This document shows positions 9,736 to 18,349 of a stretch of 64,000 nt of DNA, piece by piece. The stretch covers positions 5,399,553 to 5,463,552 of the forward strand of contig CBDBGH010000003.1 of NCBI GenBank assembly GCA_965205265.1. The letters run 5' to 3'. A program made the position numbers and the translations under genes. Each line of letters starts with the position of its first letter. Position 1 is the first letter of the stretch. The notes under the pieces were generated by a model that had not been told where the DNA came from, searched no databases, and saw nothing but the letters and a program-made list of their open reading frames with translations. This stretch comes from Alphaproteobacteria bacterium. GTDB lineage: Bacteria; Pseudomonadota; Alphaproteobacteria; Bin95.

Positions 9736-10707
9736 ATGCCCGTGAGACCCTATTCCGCCGCCGCCGGATGGCGCGAGGAGCCGCGCTATCCCGACCCGTC
9801 GATCGAAATCCTGGACCCGCGCTTCGAGCGCTACCGCATCTTCAGCGCGGCCGTGGAGCGGCTCTGGACGGGATGCCGCTGGGCCGAGGGGCCGGTCTGG
9901 TTCGGCGACGGGCGCTGCCTGCTCTGGTCCGACATCCCGAACAACCGCATCCTCAAATGGGAGGAGGAAACCGGGCGGGTCTCGCTCTGGCGCCGGCCGA
10001 CAGACTTCGCCAACGGCCACACCCGCGACCTGCAGGGCCGGCTGGTGACCTGCGAGCATGGCGGGCGGCGCGTCACGCGCACCGAATACGACGGCAGCGT
10101 CACCGTGCTGGCCGACAACTGGCAGGGGAAGCGGCTGAACTCGCCCAACGATGTCGTCGTCAAATCGGACGGCTCCATCTGGTTCACCGACCCGCTGTTC
10201 GGAATCCTCGGCGACTATGAGGGCCACAAGGCCGAGAGCGAGACGCCGATGGCCGTCTATCGCCTCGACGGCGCAACCGGGGAGATGCGCCTCGTCGCCG
10301 ACGACATCGCCGGGCCGAACGGGCTCTGCTTCTCGCCGGACGAGCGCCTCCTCTACATCGTCGAATCGCGGGGCGAGCCGACGCGCAAGATCCTCGCCTA
10401 CGATGTCGGCGGGGACGGCGCGCTCTCCGGCCGGCGGGTGGCGATCGACGCCGGCCCCGGCGGCACGCCCGACGGCATGCGCGTCGATGTGGACGGCAAT
10501 CTCTGGTGCGGCTGGGGCATGGGATCTCCGGAACTCGACGGCGTGATGGTGTTCGCCCCGGACGGCGAGCCCATCGGCCGCATCGCCCTGCCGGAGCGCT
10601 GCGCGAATGTCTGCTTCGGCGGCCGCAAGCGCAACCGGCTGTTCATGGCGGCCAGCCGGTCGCTCTACGCGCTCTACGTCAACACGCAGGGCGCGCACCA
10701 CGTCTAA
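9736..10707 (+). CDS. SMP-30/gluconolactonase family protein
   Basis: WAEGPVW, WSDIPNNR, LNSPNDV, PNGLCFSPD, PDGMRVD motifs. Confidence 0.92.
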   Translation: MPVRPYSAAAGWREEPRYPDPSIEILDPRFERYRIFSAAVERLWTGCRWAEGPVWFGDGRCLLWSDIPNNRILKWEEETGRVSLWRRPTDFANGHTRDLQGRLVTCEHGGRRVTRTEYDGSVTVLADNWQGKRLNSPNDVVVKSDGSIWFTDPLFGILGDYEGHKAESETPMAVYRLDGATGEMRLVADDIAGPNGLCFSPDERLLYIVESRGEPTRKILAYDVGGDGALSGRRVAIDAGPGGTPDGMRVDVDGNLWCGWGMGSPELDGVMVFAPDGEPIGRIALPERCANVCFGGRKRNRLFMAASRSLYALYVNTQGAHHV

Positions 10708-10718
10708 CCGGCACGGCC

Positions 10719-11492
10719 ATGCTTGAGGCGCTGGACGGCGTCTCGGCGGCCGGGCTGGCGGTGGCCGGGGCGGCGGCGGTCGCAGGCGGCCTGGTCCGGG
10801 GCTTCACCGGCTTCGGCGGGGCGCTGGTGATGGTGCCCGTGCTGAGCCTGGTTCTGGGCCCGGGTGCGGCGCTGGCGGCGGTCTGCGCATCGGGCGTGCC
10901 CGTCATCCTGCAATTGCTGCCGGCGGCGATCCGCCACGGCGAGCGCGCCTTCGTGCTGCCCTTCGCCGCTGCCGCCTTTGCGGCCGCGCCGGCGGGAAGC
11001 TGGGTGCTGGTCGCGGTCCCGCCCGCCGCCATGAAGATCGCCATATCGCTCGCCGTGCTGGCGATGACGGCGATGATGGCCTGGGGCTGGCGCTTCCCCG
11101 CCCGCGCCGGCGCCGGCGTCATGGCCGCGCTCGGCGCGGCGGCCGGTCTGGTGCAGGGTGCCACGGGCGTCGGCGGGCCGCCGGCCGTCGCCGCCGCGCT
11201 CGCCCGGCACGGCCAGCCGGAAACGCAGCGCGGCAATGTCATCGGCGCGGTCTCCGCGCTCGGCCTCTGCGCGGCGGTTCCCTACTGGTTCCACGGCCTG
11301 TTCACGCTCGAAGCGCTGGCCGTCGCCGCCGTAATCCTGCCGGCCTATATCGGCTCGACTTGGGCCGGCATCCGCCTCTTCGCCGGGCGCGGCAAGGCTT
11401 GGTACCGGCGCGCGGCGCTCGCCGTGCTGGCCGCCGTCGGCCTTGCCACGCTCGCTTTCGCACTGCATGACTACGCCTCGCCACCGAGGTAG
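10719..11492 (+). CDS. TauE/SafE-family exporter
   Basis: GLVRGFTGFGGALVMVP and GATGVGGPP motifs; hydrophobic. Confidence 0.85.
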   Translation: MLEALDGVSAAGLAVAGAAAVAGGLVRGFTGFGGALVMVPVLSLVLGPGAALAAVCASGVPVILQLLPAAIRHGERAFVLPFAAAAFAAAPAGSWVLVAVPPAAMKIAISLAVLAMTAMMAWGWRFPARAGAGVMAALGAAAGLVQGATGVGGPPAVAAALARHGQPETQRGNVIGAVSALGLCAAVPYWFHGLFTLEALAVAAVILPAYIGSTWAGIRLFAGRGKAWYRRAALAVLAAVGLATLAFALHDYASPPR

Positions 11493-11505
11493 GGAGGGTT
11501 CCGCC

Positions 11506-11853
11506 TTGACCGTCACGATCTGGCACAATCCGCGCTGCAGCAAGTCGCGGCAGACATTGACCCTGTTGCGCGAGCACGGCGTCGAACCGGAGATCGTCGA
11601 ATATCTCAAGACGCCGCCGGCCGCCGGCGAACTCGAAGCGGTGCTGGACAAGCTCGGCATGGAGCCGCGCGACCTCATGCGCCGCAAGGAGGCCGCATAC
11701 CGGGAAGCCGGCCTCGACGATCCGGCGCTCGGGCGCCGCGCGCTCGTGGAGGCGATGAGCGCGCATCCGGTGCTGATCGAACGCCCGGTGGTGCTGGCCA
11801 AGGGGAAAGCCGCGCTCGGCCGCCCGCCGGAGAACGTGCTGGCGATCCTGTAG
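11506..11853 (+). CDS. arsC: Arsenate reductase (glutaredoxin-type)
   Basis: HNPRCSKSR, LIERPVV, GRPPENV; TTG start after GGAGG. Confidence 0.9.
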   Translation: MTVTIWHNPRCSKSRQTLTLLREHGVEPEIVEYLKTPPAAGELEAVLDKLGMEPRDLMRRKEAAYREAGLDDPALGRRALVEAMSAHPVLIERPVVLAKGKAALGRPPENVLAIL

Positions 11854-11856
11854 CGC

Positions 11857-13659
11857 TCAGGTCTCGTTCATCCGGAGCGCGGCGATGAAGGCGCTTTGCG
11901 GGATGTCCACCTTGCCGAAGGTGCGCATCCGCTTCTTGCCCTCCTTCTGGCGGTCCAGCAGCTTGCGCTTGCGCGTCACGTCGCCGCCATAGCATTTGGC
12001 GGTCACGTCCTTGCGCATGGCCGAGATGGTCTCGCGCGCGACGATCCGGCCCCCGACTGCAGCCTGGATCGGGATCTTGAAAAGCTGGCGCGGGATCAGC
12101 TCCTTCAGCCGTTCGCAAAGCTGGCGGCCCCGGCCTTCCGCGCGCATCCGGTGGGTGATGCAGGCCAGCGCATCGACCGGCTCGTGGTTCACCAGCAGCG
12201 AGAGCTTCACCAGGTCGCCCTCGCGGTAGTCCTCGATCCGGTAGTCGAAACTCGCATAGCCGCGGCTCAGCGACTTCAGCCGGTCGTAGAAGTCGAACAC
12301 CACCTCGTTCAGCGGCAGCTCATAGACGACCATGGCGCGGTTGCCGACATAGGTGAGCTCGCGCTGGATGCCGCGCCGCTCCTCGCAGAGCTTGAGGATG
12401 CCGCCCAGATACTCGTCCGGCGTGAAGATCGTCGCGGCGATCCAGGGCTCCTCGATATGCGAAATCTGCGCCGGGTCCGGCATGTCGGCCGGGTTGTGCA
12501 GCAGGTCCGTGCCGCCGTCCGTGCGGTGGACCCGATAGACGACGCTCGGCGCGGTCGCGATCAGGTCGAGGCCGAATTCGCGGTCGAGCCGCTCCTGCAC
12601 GATCTCCAGATGCAGCAGGCCGAGAAAGCCGCAGCGGAAGCCGAAGCCGAGCGCCGGCGAGTTCTCCGGCTCGTATTCGAAGCCGGCGTCGTTCAGGCGC
12701 AGCTTGGCGAGGCTCTCCCGCAGGAATTCGAAGTCCGCCGAATCGGTCGGGAAGAGCCCGCAGAACACCACCGGCAGGCTCGGCTGGAAGCCCGGCAGCG
12801 GCTCGGGCGCGGGCCTGCGGTCGTCGGTGACCGTGTCGCCCACCTGGCAGTCCGCCACCGTCTTGATCGCCGCGCTCACATAGCCGATCTCGCCGGGCCC
12901 CAGCCGGTCCGCCTTTTGCCGCTTCGGCGTGAAGACGCCCACCTCGTCGATATCGTAGGCCGCGCCGGTCGCCATCAGCCGCATCTTCACGCCGCGCCTG
13001 AGTTCGCCCTCGCGGACGCGGACCAGCGCGATCACGCCGAGATAGCGGTCGTACCAACTGTCCACCACCATGGCGCGCAGATGCCCGTCGCCGGCGACCT
13101 CTGCGGCCGGCGGCGGCAGGCGGCCCGCGAGCGCCTCCAGCAGATCGGGAATGCCCTCGCCCGTCTTGGCCGAGCACAGCACGGCGTCGCTCGCGTCGAT
13201 GCCGACCACGTCCTCGATCTGGCTGCGGACGCGCTCCGGGTCGGCAGCCGGCAGATCGACCTTGTTGAGCGCGACGACGATCTCATGGTCGTTGTCCACC
13301 GCCTGATAGACATTGGCGAGCGTCTGCGCCTCGACCCCCTGGGTCGCGTCCACCACCAGCAGCGAGCCCTCGCAGGCGGCGAGCGAGCGGTTCACCTCAT
13401 AGGCGAAATCGACATGGCCCGGCGTGTCGATCAGGTTGAGCGAGAAGGCCCGGCCGTCCGCCGCCTCGTAGTCGAGGCGCACGGTCTGCGCCTTGATCGT
13501 GATGCCGCGCTCGCGCTCCAGGTCCATATTGTCGAGCACCTGGTCGCGCATCTCGCGCTCGGTCAGCCCGCCGCAAATCTGGATCAGCCGGTCCGCCAGG
13601 GTCGATTTGCCGTGGTCGATATGGGCGATGATGGCGAAATTGCGGATGTGCTCGGTCAT
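11857..13659 (-). CDS. lepA: Translation elongation factor 4
   Basis: [49 protein letters not shown]. Confidence 0.98.
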   Translation of the reverse strand: MTEHIRNFAIIAHIDHGKSTLADRLIQICGGLTEREMRDQVLDNMDLERERGITIKAQTVRLDYEAADGRAFSLNLIDTPGHVDFAYEVNRSLAACEGSLLVVDATQGVEAQTLANVYQAVDNDHEIVVALNKVDLPAADPERVRSQIEDVVGIDASDAVLCSAKTGEGIPDLLEALAGRLPPPAAEVAGDGHLRAMVVDSWYDRYLGVIALVRVREGELRRGVKMRLMATGAAYDIDEVGVFTPKRQKADRLGPGEIGYVSAAIKTVADCQVGDTVTDDRRPAPEPLPGFQPSLPVVFCGLFPTDSADFEFLRESLAKLRLNDAGFEYEPENSPALGFGFRCGFLGLLHLEIVQERLDREFGLDLIATAPSVVYRVHRTDGGTDLLHNPADMPDPAQISHIEEPWIAATIFTPDEYLGGILKLCEERRGIQRELTYVGNRAMVVYELPLNEVVFDFYDRLKSLSRGYASFDYRIEDYREGDLVKLSLLVNHEPVDALACITHRMRAEGRGRQLCERLKELIPRQLFKIPIQAAVGGRIVARETISAMRKDVTAKCYGGDVTRKRKLLDRQKEGKKRMRTFGKVDIPQSAFIAALRMNET

Positions 13660-13770
13660 GGCGGCGCGGTATAGCAACGGTCTCCGCAGGCAACAAGCAG
13701 CCGGCCCGGGCGAACGGCAGCGGGGAGACTGCCCGGCGCGTCATGATGTGTCATGTTTGGGGCTTATATG

Positions 13771-13980
13771 GATAGGTTGACAACAGGTTTGGGAGGCTTC
13801 GCACCTTCTCTCCGGCGTCCAACCCGCCCCCATATCGTCATACCCGGACTTGTTCCGGGTATCCATGCGGCCGTCCGGCGGCAGCGGTGGAGAGAGATAC
13901 CCGGAACAAGTCCGAGTATGACGGAGGGGGCGTTGAGGTATGACGGAAGAAATGTCGTCGGTCTCCCCCGTCAACCTATC
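13771..13980. mobile_element. MITE-like unit with 11-bp terminal IRs enclosing a REP-like palindrome pair
   Basis: GATAGGTTGAC (13771) and GTCAACCTATC (ending 13980); inner CGTCATACCCGGACTTGTTCCGGGTATC...GATACCCGGAACAAGTCCGAGTATGACG at 13836-13923. Confidence 0.6.
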
Positions 13981-14567
13981 TTTGTAATCTCCTCATGTTT
14001 TGTATGCGCAAGACGCATAAGTAGCTGCCCGTTTGGGCATGAAGGCCGTCCTTCCACGAATTCCGCCTCCTTCGCCTGGCTCAGGGCGGGCCTGTCCCGG
14101 ACCGCGATCCGGGGGCCGGGGCGGGTCGTCTCTCGACCCGCCGCCGGCTCCTTCGCGCCGTGGGACCCTGCTTCGCGCATAATGCGCGCGCGCCCGCCCG
14201 CGCGCGTTTCGCGGCGGCGCGCGCGAGGCGCAGGGTGCGTTGCTCCCGGCCGCTTCCTGCGGATATGTCATGAAATGTCATGTTCCCCATGTCTTCCGTG
14301 AATCCCTGCCGTTCCGTTCCTGCATATCGGTCCTCCGTCGGTTTCGTTCCCGTCCCTTTGCCACCGCCGTTTTACCCGGCGACCCCGGGGCGGCGGGGGC
14401 CTGTTTTGCGCGCGCGCCCGCCTGCGCATGTTTCGCGGCGGCGCGCCCGCGCGCGCGAGGCGGAAGGTGCACGTCTTCCATGCGTTCCCGCCGGGGTTCC
14501 CGGCCCCGGCCGCTCTCCTGCGCAGAAAGCGAAAGGCGGCCCCGGGAGCCGCCTTCTCTCTACCGCC

Positions 14568-14595
14568 ACCCTACCACACCTTTTTCCGATGTCAA
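14568..14595 (-). promoter_or_regulatory. Putative sigma70 promoter firing into the non-coding region upstream of lepA
   Basis: Minus strand TTGACA-16 nt-TAGGGT with a TGn extended -10, followed by a GC hairpin at 14531-14556. Confidence 0.45.
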
Positions 14596-14663
14596 GCCCC
14601 GGGGTGGGTAGAATATGAAATTGTTCCGATATTTCTCTGGGAACCGCGCCGGAAAACCGGGGT

Positions 14664-15158
14664 TCAGGCGTCCGCGTCGTTGTCCCGCAAGGCGACGAAG
14701 ACCAGGACCAGGAAGGTCAGCAGCGCGAGGTTGAAGGCGGTGGGCTTGGCGTTCCACTCGGAGGACTGCCACATCAGGAACCACTCGTTCGCGACCACGA
14801 GGAAGAGGCCGAACCAGATGAAGGCCCCGAGGCCGAGCCCCGCCAGCGCCGGGGCCTTGGCGGCGTGGAACAGGTGCGGCTCCCGCAGCCGCGACAGCAG
14901 GCGCACGCCGCCGATCCAGCAGAGCAGCGCGGCCGCCGCCTGCAACGCGATGATCGCCACATAGGCGGCGTGATGGAGCGCCGGCGCGTGGACCGCCCGC
15001 CACATCGACGCCTCGCTGCGGAAGGTGGTGTCCATCGTCATCACATGGGTGACGAAGCCCAGATTCGCGCCGTAGTCCGTCACATTGCCGAAGGCGACGA
15101 GCGAGAGATAGGCGGCCATGAGCAGCACAGCCCCGGCCTTGGCGGCTCTGGTGAACAT
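14664..15158 (-). CDS. DUF2165-family membrane protein
   Basis: AFGNVTDYGANLGFVTHVMTMDTTF and EWFLMWQS motifs. Confidence 0.88.
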   Translation of the reverse strand: MFTRAAKAGAVLLMAAYLSLVAFGNVTDYGANLGFVTHVMTMDTTFRSEASMWRAVHAPALHHAAYVAIIALQAAAALLCWIGGVRLLSRLREPHLFHAAKAPALAGLGLGAFIWFGLFLVVANEWFLMWQSSEWNAKPTAFNLALLTFLVLVFVALRDNDADA

Positions 15159-15233
15159 TATGCTTTCACCCTTCTCTCCCGGAGGGAAGCGCTCCGCCGC
15201 CCCGGGCGTAACCGGCAGGCAGCGGTGCTGCGG

Positions 15234-15635
15234 TCAGGCGGCCGGGCGCCGGCCGGCGATCGCCTCGCGCAGGCCGTCGAGAAGCCCCTCCAGCCTCGCC
15301 TGCCCGTGTTCGACCGCCCGCAGCCTCTGGTCGAGCCCGTCGATGCGCGCGCCGAGGCTCCTGTCCAGGTCGTCGATGCGCCTGTTGATCTCGTCGATGC
15401 GCGCGCCGAGGCTCTTGTTGGTCTCGTCGATGCGTGCGTTGAGGGATTTGTCGAGCCCGTCGATGCGCGCGCCGAGGCTCTTGTTGGTCTCGTCGATACG
15501 TGCGTTGAGGGATTTGTCGAGCCCGTCGATGCGCGCGCCGAGGCGGTCCTCGAGCCGGGACATGGCGCGCAGCAGCAGAGCCGTCACGGCGATGAGGATG
15601 GCGGGCGTGATCCACACGGCGAACTCTGTCGGCAT
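15234..15635 (-). CDS. Small membrane-anchored coiled-coil protein with 11-aa repeats
   Basis: N-terminal hydrophobic helix, then (SLGARIDGLDK/SLNARIDETNK)n; 66-bp tandem DNA repeat around 15393-15525. Confidence 0.7.
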   Translation of the reverse strand: MPTEFAVWITPAILIAVTALLLRAMSRLEDRLGARIDGLDKSLNARIDETNKSLGARIDGLDKSLNARIDETNKSLGARIDEINRRIDDLDRSLGARIDGLDQRLRAVEHGQARLEGLLDGLREAIAGRRPAA

Positions 15636-15700
15636 CGGCGATTCCCTTCCGGGCCAGTATGCGCCGGCAAGGTCCCGCCCGGCAAGCGGGCGCGGGGCGG

Positions 15701-17173
15701 CTATCCGTCTCCACCGCCATCCGGCGCTGCGAGCAGGCGGCGGAGGATCTTGCCGACGGGCGATTTCGGGATTTCGTCGATGAACAGATAGCGGCGCGGG
15801 CGCTTGAAGTCTGCGAGCGCGCTGGCGCGGCAGTGCGCGTCGAGCGCCTCGGCCGTCGCCTCGCCGGAGGCCACGACGAAGGCGGCGACGACTTGGCCCC
15901 AGCGCTCGTCCGGAAGGCCGACGACGGCGACTTCCGCCACGGCCGGGTGCAGGGAGAGCACGCTTTCGATCTCCACCGGCGAGACATTCTCGCCGCCGGT
16001 GACGATCATGTCGTCCACGCGGCCGGTGACGAACAGGTCGCCGTCCTCGTCCAGCCAGCCGGTGTCGCCTGTGTAGTACCAGCCGTCCCGCAGCGCGCGG
16101 GCGTCGGCGTCCGGGCGGCGCCAGTAGCCTTCGAAGGCCTCGTCGCTGGCGAGCGTTGCGGCGATCTCCCCCTCCTCTCCCGGCACGGCATCGCGCGTCC
16201 CGTCGAGGCTCAGCACGCGGATGCGCTGGTTGAGGCCCGCTTTGCCGGCGGAGCCCGGCTTGGCCGGCGCGTCCGGGCAGACGGTGAAGGTGTAGATCTC
16301 CGAGGAGCCGTAATGGTTGACGAACAGCTCCGGCCGGAAGGCGGCGTTCAGCCGTTGCAGGAGGCCGTCGGTCATCGACGCGCCGGCAAAGCCGAGCTTG
16401 CGGACCGAGCGCACCCGCCCGCGCGAGAAAGCCGGATGCGCCAGAAGGTCGTGATAAAGCGTCGGCGCGAGGTAGAGCGCGGTCACGCCCTCGGCCTCGA
16501 TCAGGTCGAGCGCGATGCCGGGATCGAAGCGCGGCTGGCAGACGAACACGCCGTCCACCAGCGCTGACGCCAGCAGCGAGCGCACGCCCATGGTGTGGTA
16601 GAGCGGCATGACGCCGAGCGCGACCTCGCCCGGCGCATAGCGGTTCTGCGCGATATGGGCGATGGCGGCGGCCCGCTCCGCGCGGTGGCGGCGCGGCACG
16701 CCCTTCGGCCGGCCGGTCGTGCCGGAGGTGTAGAGCATGACCGACCAGTCCTCCGCCGAGGCGGCCGGGACGGCAGGCGGGCCCTGTAGCAGGGCCTCCA
16801 GCGCCGGGCCCGCCCCGATGCGGCGGATGGCCTGCGCGCGGGGCGAGGCGGCGACGGCCGCGGCGGCTTCCGGGCCGAAGACCACCGTGTCGGCCTCGGC
16901 GTCGGCGAGGCAGTAGTCGATCTCCCCGGCCTTGAGCCGCCAGTTGAGCGGCACGATGAGCTTGCCCGAAAGCTGGCAGGCCCAGTGGAGGGTCGCCGCG
17001 TCGAGCGTGTTCCGGAGCACGGTCGCGATCCGCTCGCCTTCCAGCCCGCCCGCGAGCCGGAGCGCCCGGTCGAGCCACGCGGCATAGGTCAGGCGCTCCT
17101 CGCCCGCCACGACGGCGAGCCGGTCCGGGGCGCGTTCGGCGGCTTGCAGGAGGGCCGTGCCGACATCAAGCAT
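15701..17173 (-). CDS. hmfD: AMP-binding acyl-CoA ligase, 2-furoyl-CoA synthetase-like
   Basis: YTSGTTGRPKG, YGSSE, TGD..GRVDDMI; last gene of a Mo-hydroxylase operon in hmfABCD order. Confidence 0.75.
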   Translation of the reverse strand: MLDVGTALLQAAERAPDRLAVVAGEERLTYAAWLDRALRLAGGLEGERIATVLRNTLDAATLHWACQLSGKLIVPLNWRLKAGEIDYCLADAEADTVVFGPEAAAAVAASPRAQAIRRIGAGPALEALLQGPPAVPAASAEDWSVMLYTSGTTGRPKGVPRRHRAERAAAIAHIAQNRYAPGEVALGVMPLYHTMGVRSLLASALVDGVFVCQPRFDPGIALDLIEAEGVTALYLAPTLYHDLLAHPAFSRGRVRSVRKLGFAGASMTDGLLQRLNAAFRPELFVNHYGSSEIYTFTVCPDAPAKPGSAGKAGLNQRIRVLSLDGTRDAVPGEEGEIAATLASDEAFEGYWRRPDADARALRDGWYYTGDTGWLDEDGDLFVTGRVDDMIVTGGENVSPVEIESVLSLHPAVAEVAVVGLPDERWGQVVAAFVVASGEATAEALDAHCRASALADFKRPRRYLFIDEIPKSPVGKILRRLLAAPDGGGDG

Positions 17174-17606
17174 CGGCGGCGTCCAGTGCGGCGGCGACGA
17201 TGGGGGTGTAGCCGGTGCAGCGGCACAAATGGCCGCTCAGCACTTCCCGCACCTCGCGCTCCGTCGGATTGGGCCTCTCGCGGAGGAAGGCGCTCAGGCT
17301 CATCAGGATACCGGCCGTGCAGAAGCCGCATTGCAGGGCGAAATGGCGGCGGAAGGCGGCGTGCAGCACCCCTTCCTCCAGCCCCTCCACGGTCACGACC
17401 TCCGCGCCCTCGCACTGGACGGCGAACGCGAGGCAGGAGCGCGCCGGCCGGCCGTCGATCAGCACGGTGCAGGCCCCGCAGACGCCGTGCTCGCAGCCGA
17501 CATGCGTGCCCGTCAGACCGAGCGTGTGGCGCAGGAAGTCGGAGAGCAGCAGGCGCGGCTCCGCCGCCGCCTCCACCGCCTCGCCGTTCACGGTCATGCG
17601 CGGCAT
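17166..17606 (-). CDS. hmfC: 2Fe-2S subunit of molybdenum hydroxylase (furoyl-CoA dehydrogenase-like)
   Basis: GTHVGCEHGVCGACT, QCGFCT, LCRCTGY. Confidence 0.75.
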   Translation of the reverse strand: MPRMTVNGEAVEAAAEPRLLLSDFLRHTLGLTGTHVGCEHGVCGACTVLIDGRPARSCLAFAVQCEGAEVVTVEGLEEGVLHAAFRRHFALQCGFCTAGILMSLSAFLRERPNPTEREVREVLSGHLCRCTGYTPIVAAALDAADA

Positions 17607-18349
17607 GCGAGCGCCTCCTCCGCCGTCGCCCGGCCGACGCGGGCCACCAGCCGGCGGCGGTAGGCGGCATTGGCGTGGAAGTCGTCGCGGGCGTCGATCA
17701 TGTCCGCGTCGATGGCGAGGCCGTCCAGCACGACCGGCGTGTCCGCGACGCCGCCGACCGCGAGCCGGACGCCGTCGCTGTCGGCCACGGCTGCGAAGGC
17801 CGCAAGCGCGAAATCGCCGTGCCGGAGCGCCACCTCGCGGAAGGCGTAGCCGGCGCGCGGGTCGGGCGGAGGCACCTCCACCGCCACGATCAGTTCGTCC
17901 TCCTCGCGCGCGGTCATCAGCGGCCCCTCGAAGAAAGCCGCCGCCTCGACCGTGCGCTCGCCGCCCGCCGAGGCGAGATGAACCCGCCCGCCGAGCGCCA
18001 CCAGGCAGAGCGGCAGTTCCGCCGCCGGGTCGGCGTGCGCGACCGAGCCGCAGAAAGTGCCGCGCGAGCGCGTCTGGTAGTGGCCGACATGCGGCAGGGC
18101 GCGGTCGATCAGCGGGTGCAGGCCGGCGAGCTCCGCCTGGCGGACGGCCGCGCCCACCCGGAGCCCGCGCCCGCGAAGCTCGGGAAGGTGCGCGATGTCC
18201 ACCAGCAGGTCCGGCCGCGCGAGGCGCATGTTCAGCATGGCGACCAGCGACTGGCCGCCTGCAAGCGCCATCGCGCCGTCCGAGGCCAGCGCCTCCAGCG
18301 CCTCGCCGAGGCTTGCGGGGCGCAGATAGTCGAAGGGCGCGGGCTTCAC
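17594..18349 (-). CDS. hmfB: FAD-binding subunit of molybdenum hydroxylase
   Basis: MKPAPFDY, LAGGQSL, GHYQTRSRGTFCGSVAHADP, RHGDFA. Confidence 0.75.
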   Translation of the reverse strand: MKPAPFDYLRPASLGEALEALASDGAMALAGGQSLVAMLNMRLARPDLLVDIAHLPELRGRGLRVGAAVRQAELAGLHPLIDRALPHVGHYQTRSRGTFCGSVAHADPAAELPLCLVALGGRVHLASAGGERTVEAAAFFEGPLMTAREEDELIVAVEVPPPDPRAGYAFREVALRHGDFALAAFAAVADSDGVRLAVGGVADTPVVLDGLAIDADMIDARDDFHANAAYRRRLVARVGRATAEEALACRA

